From assembly GCF_988243305.1 (NCBI RefSeq), contig NZ_OZ547136.1: a DNA stretch of 64,000 nt. One strand, 5' to 3'. The notes beneath the pieces were generated by a model. It made no database searches, was not told where the DNA came from, and was given only the letters and a program-made list of their open reading frames with translations. Of the stretch, positions 12,685-21,394 are shown piece by piece; position 1 is the stretch's first letter, and every line of letters begins with the position of its first letter. The position numbers were made by a program, and so were the translations under genes.

Positions 12685-12942
12685 GTAAAAATACAGCGTG
12701 ATTTTATATGTCTTTGAATGGATTATGCGAAACACCTCTAAGGTAGATGAGGAGCAATAGCGTGTTGAATCAGAAGGCTAAATTGTATTGAATCGTTAGC
12801 ATGTAATTGAAGGCAGCTATTTGATTCGAGTCATAAAAGAGCATCTATTTCGGTTAATAAAACCATTGCGAGTGACTTTATGTCGAAGCATAATTCATCT
12901 CGAGCGAAGTCTTGCTAGTCTTTCATCGGATTGATGACGGGC

Positions 12943-12975
12943 GCAAAAAAACCACCCTGGCAGGTGGTTTTTTTG
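12943..12975. terminator. Bidirectional rho-independent terminator
   Basis: A-run, accacc-ctggca-ggtggt hairpin, T-run. Confidence 0.5.
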
Positions 12976-12986
12976 TTTGAAGCATA

Positions 12987-13100
12987 CTAAAGAAAAATAC
13001 TTACATGGATATTACTGACGTTTACTGACAAACCACTCGGACTACCATATGGATAGCCAAAGAGGGCCAGAACGAGAATGCAGTAATAGCACTTCTTCAT
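12987..13100 (-). CDS. Hypothetical 37-aa hydrophobic peptide (MKKCYYCILVLALFGYPYGSPSGLSVNVSNIHVSIFL)
   Basis: ATG with AGGAGG 5-10 nt upstream; terminator immediately downstream on the same strand. Confidence 0.3.
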   Translation of the reverse strand: MKKCYYCILVLALFGYPYGSPSGLSVNVSNIHVSIFL

Positions 13101-13822
13101 ATCGCCTCCTGTAAGCAGAGGGCAATTTCCGCCGATATATGCGCTTCTAAGGCGGAGTGACTATTGAGCGAAGTCTTGCCCTGAAATAATGCTCTGTTTA
13201 AACGCAAAGTGATCTGGCATATCACCGAACAGAGGACCTGAACAACACAACATATAGTATGTCGTTGTTTCTGGTTGCATTTTATGTTGTGTAATACTGG
13301 TTTTGCATCAAGGATGTTTGAGCTTTTTTTGATATAGCTCAAAGTAAAAAGCAGAGACTACGGATGATAAGGTCTTGAAAGCAATGTAAATTTTTTAAAG
13401 TTGTGAGTGGCTAGAAATGCACAGTTTCAATATGGCGGATTTAAACAAGTAATTAAAAATAGCGACACAAATTCCAATAAAATCATTAAGTTGCGTTTTC
13501 TGTGGAAACTTCGGTGACTCTGAAATTTTCTTTTAGTATCGCTGAGGTTTAACAACTCGCTGCGCAAGTAGTTAGTGTTTTTTTTAACTCAATATTCTGA
13601 TTTATAAGGTTTTTTATAAATCGTGGGCTGGTTGCGCATATTCATCTCGTGTTATCAGCAAAGATAAGCTCTATATGCAGAACTGAATGCATATATGATG
13701 TCGAAAATGTTATGGGAAAACGTGGATTAGTGTTATAGTAATGGCTGAAAAACAGCCTTGACATAAAATAACAACTGTGATATGGCTGTGCATACTTAAC
13801 TTTTTTAACGTAGGAGGCAACC

Positions 13823-14308
13823 ATGAGCTATGCAGCTAAAAAACTGCTTGACCGCTATTGGGATCGCCGACTACCTGTCGATCCGTTTAAGCTTGCTAAA
13901 GCGTGGGGTGCTCGTGTTGAAGCACTTGAGGAATCGGCTTATAACAACGATGGGTTAAGCGGTCTGGCTGTCATCAAAAAGGGTGTCCATAGGATTTATT
14001 TTGATTCTAGTGAACATTCTAATCGTCAACGTTTTACTGTTGCACACGAGTTAGGTCATCATGTGCTGGGGCATACCCAGGACGGAGAGTACCATCGGGA
14101 TAATGTCGGGAATTATTCAACAGGTGCTCGTGATTACCGTGAGGTTGAAGCAAACAAGTTTGCTGCTGAGTTGTTAATGCCTGAGTCTGCTATACGTCAA
14201 TTGGTATCCAGAGAAGGTATTGATAGCACTTTGAGATTAGCAAGCATCTTTAATGTATCAGAAGCCGCTATGCATTGGCGCTTAAAGAGCTTAGGAATGG
14301 CTTATTAA
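13823..14308 (+). CDS. ImmA/IrrE-family HEXXH zinc metallopeptidase-like protein (161 aa)
   Basis: HELGHHVLGH plus downstream E (FAAELLMPE); AGGAGG SD; promoter-like TTGACA at 13761; AT-rich cargo. Confidence 0.75.
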   Translation: MSYAAKKLLDRYWDRRLPVDPFKLAKAWGARVEALEESAYNNDGLSGLAVIKKGVHRIYFDSSEHSNRQRFTVAHELGHHVLGHTQDGEYHRDNVGNYSTGARDYREVEANKFAAELLMPESAIRQLVSREGIDSTLRLASIFNVSEAAMHWRLKSLGMAY

Positions 14309-14374
14309 TTAGCCTTTAACTTTTAACCTGTTTAAAATCACCTTTACGTTTGTACATGTAAGGGTGATTTTTTT

Positions 14375-14974
14375 ATGGCTGATATTGATTTATCTGGACA
14401 GTCCCCAGAGCAAGGAACCACTCCTAAGGGCGATTTAGATCCTGATATCCTTATAAGGCGAGATAGACGGGATGGTATAGAGCGTAGAAGTATGCGATTA
14501 GTGCTCTCTGCCGTTGTGCTTTGTTTTGCTTGTACATTTCTATGGCAGGGGCTTAACTTTGCTTTGGCTGTTGGAAATGGCTTGCTGGAAGCGAAAAGCA
14601 GTATTGCCGCAGCGATAACACAAAAAGTAGATACACAAACTTGTGTTTCAGCAGAAAAATGTTCTGCTTTATCTTCGGATCCGAAGATGGCTGATGAGAG
14701 GATAACACCATCTTCAGACACTAATAAAGTTAGAAAATCTATTTCTGGTTTATCCACCGATTGGTTATCGGCCAGTTCTCTAATAGCTATTGTTGCATTC
14801 ATCCTTGGTGTGGGTTTAACTTTGCTTTTGACTCTTCTTAAATCAGCATTTCAACACCCGACAGATAAAGACTTTAGAACAAAGTCGACATCTAATACTA
14901 TTGAGTTGGCCACGCCAATCAGTGAATTAATAATTGGTGTTCTGAATATAATTAAAGACAAACTATCTAAGTAA
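14375..14974 (+). CDS. Hypothetical membrane protein, two predicted TM helices (199 aa)
   Basis: Hydrophobic segments ~res 40-66 and 130-155; start codon sits in T-run of upstream terminator hairpin. Confidence 0.6.
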   Translation: MADIDLSGQSPEQGTTPKGDLDPDILIRRDRRDGIERRSMRLVLSAVVLCFACTFLWQGLNFALAVGNGLLEAKSSIAAAITQKVDTQTCVSAEKCSALSSDPKMADERITPSSDTNKVRKSISGLSTDWLSASSLIAIVAFILGVGLTLLLTLLKSAFQHPTDKDFRTKSTSNTIELATPISELIIGVLNIIKDKLSK

Positions 14975-15056
14975 AGCATTAGTTGTGATTTTTTATTGGT
15001 TTTAGTGATAATACATCTCCAGTACTTATTGTTACTGGAGAGTATTTTTAGTCGTT

Positions 15057-15998
15057 TTATATTTTTAATGTTAGTGAATGATATTCACGAGAGTTCACGT
15101 TCGATGTGATGTAATCGGGGGCGTTAACACCAAGAATCGCAACGAGTAATCGGCAAATTAAAGCCTGCATTTGTTGTAATATGTCATCTCCATATTGATA
15201 ATTGTTAATAGTGGTAAAGCCAAGTGGTTGACCATGAAACATAGCTTCATGAAAGTTTTCATTGCGGATGTTTGTAATGTTTTTTTTACCTGTAACCCAT
15301 GATGGTCGTGGTATTCCATAAGTTTTGCAGATCCACTTCAAGCGCCTGGAGTGATTTAGAGTCTTTTCTGTACACTTGTTCTTTTCTGCCCATGTTAAAG
15401 CAAAGCAACTATCCAGTGCCATATAAAGATACTGGAATTTTTCGAAGCTAAGGTATTGTGGGTTTTGGGATAAAAATAGTGCATGCACTATTGCTGCTAT
15501 ATTTATTGGTGCGTGTTTGGTTTTTGTCTCGCTAGACATGTATTTGAGTGCTAATTCTATAACCTCTTTTTCAGAGCACTTGACCAGAATAAAGTCAGTT
15601 AATTTGCTGGGTTTTATTGGGGTTGCGTCTAAAAAACCGGCATCAGTAGTTGTTAATCTTATCCCTTTGAAAAAAGACAGACACCACACAGCAAAATTGA
15701 GAGTTTCTAGTGAAGATGTATTTTTTAATTTTAGTGAGTGTGTTTTGGGTAAGCCAAATACTCGTTGGCTAAAAGGCATTGTGGATATGCCTCCATTGAG
15801 GTTATATACTTCTTGGTTTCCTGGGTATATCCAACCGTTAATAACATTTCTGTGATTGTTTATAAGATTTGTTTTTTCCGCTAGACCGGGTAAAGTAAGT
15901 AAAGAAAAATCATCAGTTTCAACGTTAACTTCTACTGGATAGTATCCAAACTCAGCTTCAATATCATTGGATTGCTGTTCGTCAACTTTACCTTGCAT
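15057..15998 (-). CDS. Hypothetical protein, 313 aa, unknown function (candidate phage-exclusion effector)
   Basis: Long ORF in AT-rich DNA (sampled lines roughly 35-40% GC vs >50% flanks), GGAG SD, convergent with membrane-protein gene; R-x4-H at ~245-250. Confidence 0.65.
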   Translation of the reverse strand: MQGKVDEQQSNDIEAEFGYYPVEVNVETDDFSLLTLPGLAEKTNLINNHRNVINGWIYPGNQEVYNLNGGISTMPFSQRVFGLPKTHSLKLKNTSSLETLNFAVWCLSFFKGIRLTTTDAGFLDATPIKPSKLTDFILVKCSEKEVIELALKYMSSETKTKHAPINIAAIVHALFLSQNPQYLSFEKFQYLYMALDSCFALTWAEKNKCTEKTLNHSRRLKWICKTYGIPRPSWVTGKKNITNIRNENFHEAMFHGQPLGFTTINNYQYGDDILQQMQALICRLLVAILGVNAPDYITSNVNSREYHSLTLKI

Positions 15999-16236
15999 AC
16001 ATTGCTCCGGTCAAAAATAGGCTCGATAATTCTCGTAAGCCTATCATGTTCGCAAAGTATCCATACCTGTGGATTTTGTAAATTTAAGTTGATTTGTCAT
16101 TAAATAAGCCGTTGCATGCAACAAGTGAATGTTTTTGCATGCGTCGGGGATGTCCGTTCAGGCTGCGTGCGGTCAGGACTGGTGCGGATCCATAGTATCT
16201 ATGCAACTGCATTAAAACCGCCCCATGAAGCGGGCG

Positions 16237-16255
16237 GGCGAGGCGGGGAAAGCAC
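16237..16255 (+). other. Phage cos site (19-nt cohesive end GGCGAGGCGGGGAAAGCAC)
   Basis: Matches recalled P2 cohesive-end sequence; located between cargo island and portal gene. Confidence 0.6.
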
Positions 16256-16395
16256 TGCGCGCTGGCGGTGGTGCTGATTTTATTTTTTCAGCGTCTCAGC
16301 GCGTCGTGACGGCGTTTGGATTGTGCGCCGGGGCGTTGGTGTGTCTGTGGGGTGTTTTGTGCGGTGGTGAGCGTGTGAGGGCGTGATGACGGGGT

Positions 16396-16420
16396 GTAAA
16401 AAAGCCGCCCGCAGGCGGCG
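16396..16420 (-). terminator. Rho-independent terminator downstream of portal gene
   Basis: gccgcc-cgca-ggcggc hairpin followed by T-run on minus strand. Confidence 0.45.
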
Positions 16421-16424
16421 ATGT

Positions 16425-17459
16425 TCAGCCGTTGTCGGTGTCCAGTGAGTAGTTTTTAAAGCGGATGACCTCCTGACCGAGCCAGCCGTTTATCTCGCGG
16501 ATCCTGTCCTGTAACGGGATAAGCTCATTGCGGACAAAGACCTTTGCCACTTTCTCAATATCACCCAGCGACCCGACGTTCTCCGGCTTGCCGCCCATCA
16601 ACTGAAAAGGGATGCGGTGCGCGTCCAGCAGGTCTGCGGCGCTGGCTTTTTTGATATTAAAAAAATCGTCCTTCGTTGCCACTTCACTGAGCGGGATAAT
16701 TTTAATGCCGTCGGCTTTCCCTTGCGGGGCATAGAGAAACAGATTTTTAAAGTTGTTGCGGCCTTTCGACTTCACCATGTTTTCGCGGAGCATTTCGATA
16801 TCGTTGCGATCCTGCACGGCATCAGTGACGTACATGATGTATCCGGCATGTGCGCCGTTTTCGTAATACTTGCGGCGGAACAGCGTGGCCGACTCATTCA
16901 GCCAGGCAGAGTTAAGGGCGCTGAGATATTCCGGCAGGCCATACAGCTCCTGATTAATATCCGGCTCCAGCAGGTGAAACACGGAGCCGGGCGCGAAAGG
17001 TGTCGGCTCATGGAAGGACGGCACCCACCAGTAAACATCCTCTTCCACGCCACGGCGGGTATATTTTGCCGGTGAGGTTTCCAGTCTGATGACCTTACCG
17101 GTGGTGCTGTAACGCTTTTCCAGAAACGCATTACCGAACACCAGAAAATCCAGCACAAAGCGGCTGAAATCCTGCTGGGAAAGCCACGGGTGCGGAATAA
17201 ACGTTGAAGCCAGAATATTACGTTTGACGTAAATCGGTGAGCTGTGATGTACGGCAGCACGCAGGCTTTTTGCCAGACCGGTAAAGCTGACCGGTGGCTC
17301 ATACCATCTGCCGTTACTGATGCACTCGACGTAATCCAGAATGTCACGGCGGTCGAGTACCGGCACCGGTTCACCAAAGGTGAATGCCTCCATTTTCGGG
17401 GCGCTGGCGGTCATTTTTTTTGCCGCAGGTTGCGGTGTTTTCCCTTTTTTCTTGCTCAT
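16425..17459 (-). CDS. Portal protein (P2 gpQ)
   Basis: 344 aa, P2 order and size. Confidence 0.9.
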   Translation of the reverse strand: MSKKKGKTPQPAAKKMTASAPKMEAFTFGEPVPVLDRRDILDYVECISNGRWYEPPVSFTGLAKSLRAAVHHSSPIYVKRNILASTFIPHPWLSQQDFSRFVLDFLVFGNAFLEKRYSTTGKVIRLETSPAKYTRRGVEEDVYWWVPSFHEPTPFAPGSVFHLLEPDINQELYGLPEYLSALNSAWLNESATLFRRKYYENGAHAGYIMYVTDAVQDRNDIEMLRENMVKSKGRNNFKNLFLYAPQGKADGIKIIPLSEVATKDDFFNIKKASAADLLDAHRIPFQLMGGKPENVGSLGDIEKVAKVFVRNELIPLQDRIREINGWLGQEVIRFKNYSLDTDNG

Positions 17460-19231
17460 TAGTAAAACTCCAGAATGGTGGATGTCAGCGGGGTGCTGAT
17501 ACCGGCGGTGAGTGGCTCATTTAACAGGGCGTGCATGGTCGCCCAGGCGAGATCGGCGTGGCTGGCTTCCTCGCTGCGGCTGGCCTCATAGGTGGCGCTG
17601 CGTCCGCTGCTGGTCATGGTCTTGCGGATAGCCATAAACGAGCTGGTGATGTCGGTGGCGCTGACGTCATATTCCAGACAGCCACGGCGAATAACGTCTT
17701 TTGCCTTGAGCACCATTGCGGTTTTCATTTCCGGCGTGTAGCGGATATCGCGTGCGGCGGGATAGAACGAGCGAACGAGCTGGAACACGCCGACACCGAG
17801 GCCGGTGGCATCAATTCCGATGTATTCGACGTTGTATTTTTCGGTGAGTTTGCGGATGGATTCAGCCTGGGTGGCAAAGTCCATGCCTTTCCACTGGTGA
17901 CGCTCAAGTATTCTGAATTTGCCACCGGCCACCACCGGCGGTGCCAGCACCACGCATCCGGCACTGTCGCCACGGTGTGACGGGTCGTAACCAATCCAGA
18001 CCGGGCGGGAGCCGAACGGATTCGCGGCAAACGGCGCATAGTCTTCCCATTCTTCCAGCGTGTCGACCATGCAGCGTTGCAGCTCCTCGAACGGGAACAC
18101 CGACGCCTTGTCGTCAACAAATTCACACATGAACAGGTTTTTAAAATCGTCGGCGCTGTTTTCGCGTTTAAGCTGCTCAATGTCGAACAGCGTGCAGCCA
18201 CCTTTCAGGGCGTCCTCAATGGTGACAATCTGCCGCCACTGACCGTCCGCACAGAGAAGCCCACCGGCAAGAGCGTTATGACTGACGTCGATTTCCACGC
18301 GTTCGGCGGCGCTGGCGCGTCCCCGGTTGAACAGTTCACCCGACCAGAACGGGTAGGCGTCGTGCGCCAGCGTGGACGGGGTGGAGAAATAGGTCGAGCG
18401 CAGGTGACTCTGTGAGGCCATACCTGATGCCACCTTACGCAGTACCTGAAAATTCGGTATCCAGAAAATCTCGTCGACGTACAGGTCGCCGTTATGGCTC
18501 TGCGCGGTGTTGGAGTTGGTGCCGAGAAAAATCAGTTTTGCGCCGTTATTGCCCAGGACAATTGGGTCACCGGTCAGGTCAACGTCAACCAGCCGGGCAA
18601 AGGCGATGATGTATTCGCGGAACACATACGCCTGCGTTTTACTGGCCGACAGAAAAATCTGGTTATGACCGGTTTTCAGGGCGCGCAGCAGCGCCTCGCG
18701 GGAAAAATAAAACGTCGCGCCAATCTGGCGGGATTTCAGGATATCGCGGATGCGGTGCTCAAGCCCTGCGCGATACCAGTGCAACTGATATTCGAAAGAC
18801 TGCTCAAAGAAAATCTGCTCCAGCTTTTCGATGGCCTCGTCACTGAAAAAATTCTTTTTCGGTTTGCGACGCCCGCCTTTGTTGCGGTTAGCGACGTTCG
18901 GATTAAAGTCTGCCTCGTTGCCGGTCTGACTGTAACGGTTGACCCGTGCCAGTCGTTCAATCTGGCGTCCGAGCAGGTCAATTTCCTTGAAGTCACCGCC
19001 GGTTTTCTGCGGTTTGATGATGAGCTGGGTCAGCCGCGCTTCCAGACTCATTTCGACACGGCTGATGGGGGCAACGCTGTCCCAGCCGTCGCGCTGTTTC
19101 CAGCTCTGCACCGTCGGGCGTTTCATCTGCAACATGGCGGCAATCTGCGGCACGGAAAATCCCTGCCAGTACAGCAGCGCCGCCTGACGACGCGGGTCGT
19201 GTAAAAGAGTGGTGTCTGTGGTGATGGTCAT
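17459..19231 (-). CDS. Terminase large subunit (P2 gpP)
   Basis: 590 aa from ATG at 19231 (MTITTDTT...); ORF-track frame extends to 19261. Confidence 0.9.
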   Translation of the reverse strand: MTITTDTTLLHDPRRQAALLYWQGFSVPQIAAMLQMKRPTVQSWKQRDGWDSVAPISRVEMSLEARLTQLIIKPQKTGGDFKEIDLLGRQIERLARVNRYSQTGNEADFNPNVANRNKGGRRKPKKNFFSDEAIEKLEQIFFEQSFEYQLHWYRAGLEHRIRDILKSRQIGATFYFSREALLRALKTGHNQIFLSASKTQAYVFREYIIAFARLVDVDLTGDPIVLGNNGAKLIFLGTNSNTAQSHNGDLYVDEIFWIPNFQVLRKVASGMASQSHLRSTYFSTPSTLAHDAYPFWSGELFNRGRASAAERVEIDVSHNALAGGLLCADGQWRQIVTIEDALKGGCTLFDIEQLKRENSADDFKNLFMCEFVDDKASVFPFEELQRCMVDTLEEWEDYAPFAANPFGSRPVWIGYDPSHRGDSAGCVVLAPPVVAGGKFRILERHQWKGMDFATQAESIRKLTEKYNVEYIGIDATGLGVGVFQLVRSFYPAARDIRYTPEMKTAMVLKAKDVIRRGCLEYDVSATDITSSFMAIRKTMTSSGRSATYEASRSEEASHADLAWATMHALLNEPLTAGISTPLTSTILEFY

Positions 19232-19404
19232 GAATACCTCGCCGTGATGAATACACGGCAAGGCTACTGAGTCGCGCCCCGCGATTCGCTAAGGTGCTGT
19301 TGTGTCAGTGATAAGCCATCCGGGACTGATGGCGGAGGATGCGCATCGTCGGGAAACTGATGCCGACATGTGACTCCTCTAATCACTATTCAGGACTCCT
19401 GACA

Positions 19405-20259
19405 ATGGCAAAAAAAGTCTCAAAATTCTTTCGTATCGGCGTAGAGGGTGACACCTGTGACGGGCGTGTCATCAGTGCGCAGGATATTCAGGAAATGGCC
19501 GAAACCTTTGACCCGCGAGTCTATGGTTGCCGCATTAACCTGGAACATCTGCGCGGCATCCTGCCTGACGGTATTTTTAAGCGTTATGGCGATGTGGCCG
19601 AACTGAAGGCCGAAAAGATTGACGATGATTCGGCGCTGAAAGGCAAATGGGCGCTGTTTGCGAAAATCACCCCGACCGATGACCTTATCGCGATGAACAA
19701 GGCCGCGCAGAAGGTCTATACCTCAATGGAAATTCAGCCGAACTTTGCCAATACCGGCAAATGTTATCTGGTGGGTCTGGCCGTCACCGATGACCCGGCA
19801 AGCCTCGGCACGGAATACCTGGAATTCTGCCGCACGGCAAAACACAACCCCCTGAACCGCTTCAAATTAAGCCCTGAAAACCTGATTTCAGTGGCAACGC
19901 CCGTTGAGCTGGAATTTGAAGACCTGCCTGAAACCGTGTTCACCGCCCTGACCGAAAAGGTGAAGTCCATTTTTGGCCGCAAACAGGCCAGCGATGACGC
20001 CCGTCTGAATGACGTGCATGAAGCGGTGACCGCTGTTGCTGAACATGTGCAGGAAAAACTGAGCGCCACTGAGCAGCGCCTCGCTGAGATGGAAACCGCT
20101 TTTTCCGCACTTAAGCAGGATGTGACTGACAGGGCGGATGAAACCAGCCAGGCATTCACCCGCCTGAAAAACAGTCTCGACCACACCGAAAGTCTGACCC
20201 AGCAGCGCCGCAGCAAGGCCACCGGTGGTGGCGGTGACGCCCTGATGACGAACTGCTGA
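19405..20259 (+). CDS. Capsid scaffolding protein (P2 gpO)
   Basis: 284 aa from MAKKVSKFF; divergent from P. Confidence 0.85.
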   Translation: MAKKVSKFFRIGVEGDTCDGRVISAQDIQEMAETFDPRVYGCRINLEHLRGILPDGIFKRYGDVAELKAEKIDDDSALKGKWALFAKITPTDDLIAMNKAAQKVYTSMEIQPNFANTGKCYLVGLAVTDDPASLGTEYLEFCRTAKHNPLNRFKLSPENLISVATPVELEFEDLPETVFTALTEKVKSIFGRKQASDDARLNDVHEAVTAVAEHVQEKLSATEQRLAEMETAFSALKQDVTDRADETSQAFTRLKNSLDHTESLTQQRRSKATGGGGDALMTNC

Positions 20260-20317
20260 CCGGCGTCAGTCAGTCCGGGAAAACCTTCACGATTAACCCT
20301 TAATTTCAGGAAAAACT

Positions 20318-21391
20318 ATGCGCCAGGAAACCCGCTTTAAATTTAATGCCTACCTGTCCCGTGTTGCCGAACTGAACGGCATCGACGCCGGTGATGTGTC
20401 GAAAAAATTCACCGTTGAACCGTCGGTCACCCAGACCCTGATGAACACCATGCAGGAGTCCTCTGACTTTCTGACCCGCATCAACATTGTGCCGGTCAGC
20501 GAAATGAAAGGGGAAAAAATTGGCATCGGTGTCACCGGCTCCATCGCCAGCACCACCGACACCGCCGGTGGCACCGAGCGTCAGCCGAAGGACTTCTCGA
20601 AGCTGGCGTCAAACAAGTACGAATGCGACCAGATTAACTTCGATTTTTATATCCGCTACAAAACGCTGGACCTGTGGGCGCGTTATCAGGATTTCCAGCT
20701 CCGTGTCCGTAACGCCATTATCAAACGCCAGTCCCTTGATTTAATCATGGCCGGTTTTAACGGCGTGAGGCGTGCCGAAACCTCTGACCGCAGCAGCAAT
20801 CCGATGCTGCAGGATGTGGCGGTCGGCTGGCTGCAGAAATACCGCAATGAAGCCCCGGCGCGCGTGATGAGCAAGGTCACTGACGAGGAAGGACACACCA
20901 CCTCTGAGGTTATCCGCGTGGGTAAGGGCGGTGATTATGCCAGCCTTGACGCACTGGTGATGGATGCGACCAACAACCTGATTGAGCCGTGGTATCAGGA
21001 AGACCCTGACCTTGTGGTGATTGTGGGACGTCAGCTACTGGCGGACAAGTATTTTCCCATCGTCAACAAGGAGCAGGACAACAGCGAAATGCTGGCCGCT
21101 GACGTCATCATCAGCCAGAAACGCATCGGTAACCTGCCGGCGGTACGCGTCCCGTACTTTCCGGCGGATGCGATGCTCATCACAAAGCTGGAAAACCTGT
21201 CCATCTACTACATGGATGACAGCCATCGCCGCGTGATTGAGGAAAACCCGAAACTCGACCGCGTGGAGAACTACGAGTCAATGAACATTGATTACGTGGT
21301 GGAAGACTACGCCGCCGGTTGTCTGGTGGAAAAAATTAAGGTCGGTGATTTCTCCACACTGGCTAAAGCGACCGCAGAGCCGGGAGCGTAA
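20318..21391 (+). CDS. Major capsid protein (P2 gpN)
   Basis: 357 aa. Confidence 0.9.
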   Translation: MRQETRFKFNAYLSRVAELNGIDAGDVSKKFTVEPSVTQTLMNTMQESSDFLTRINIVPVSEMKGEKIGIGVTGSIASTTDTAGGTERQPKDFSKLASNKYECDQINFDFYIRYKTLDLWARYQDFQLRVRNAIIKRQSLDLIMAGFNGVRRAETSDRSSNPMLQDVAVGWLQKYRNEAPARVMSKVTDEEGHTTSEVIRVGKGGDYASLDALVMDATNNLIEPWYQEDPDLVVIVGRQLLADKYFPIVNKEQDNSEMLAADVIISQKRIGNLPAVRVPYFPADAMLITKLENLSIYYMDDSHRRVIEENPKLDRVENYESMNIDYVVEDYAAGCLVEKIKVGDFSTLAKATAEPGA

Positions 21392-21394
21392 CCG

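Noticed and set aside
13097-13342. 81-aa minus-strand ORF in the cargo non-coding region
   Set aside because: Its 3' end overlaps the SD and start of the 37-aa ORF, it has no SD of its own and a Cys-rich low-complexity composition; more likely a chance frame in AT-rich DNA.
13642-13824. 60-aa minus-strand ORF overlapping the promoter and SD of the peptidase gene
   Set aside because: Antisense to the TTGACA/AGGAGG signals of the plus-strand gene; no independent start signals.
15057-15998. Possibility that the 313-aa protein is P2 Old or Tin
   Set aside because: Too short for Old and no Walker A/B or TOPRIM-like motifs visible; no similarity I could recognise to Tin. Kept as an unknown instead.
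12685-16236. Retron or CRISPR-Cas in the cargo slot
   Set aside because: No reverse-transcriptase motifs, no cas-like ORFs and no direct-repeat array anywhere in the island.
16260-16395. GT-rich tract (gtgtgtctgtggggtgttttgtgcggtggtgagcgtgtgag) next to cos
   Set aside because: No regular repeat-spacer periodicity; most likely part of the cos-flanking packaging region rather than a CRISPR or satellite repeat.
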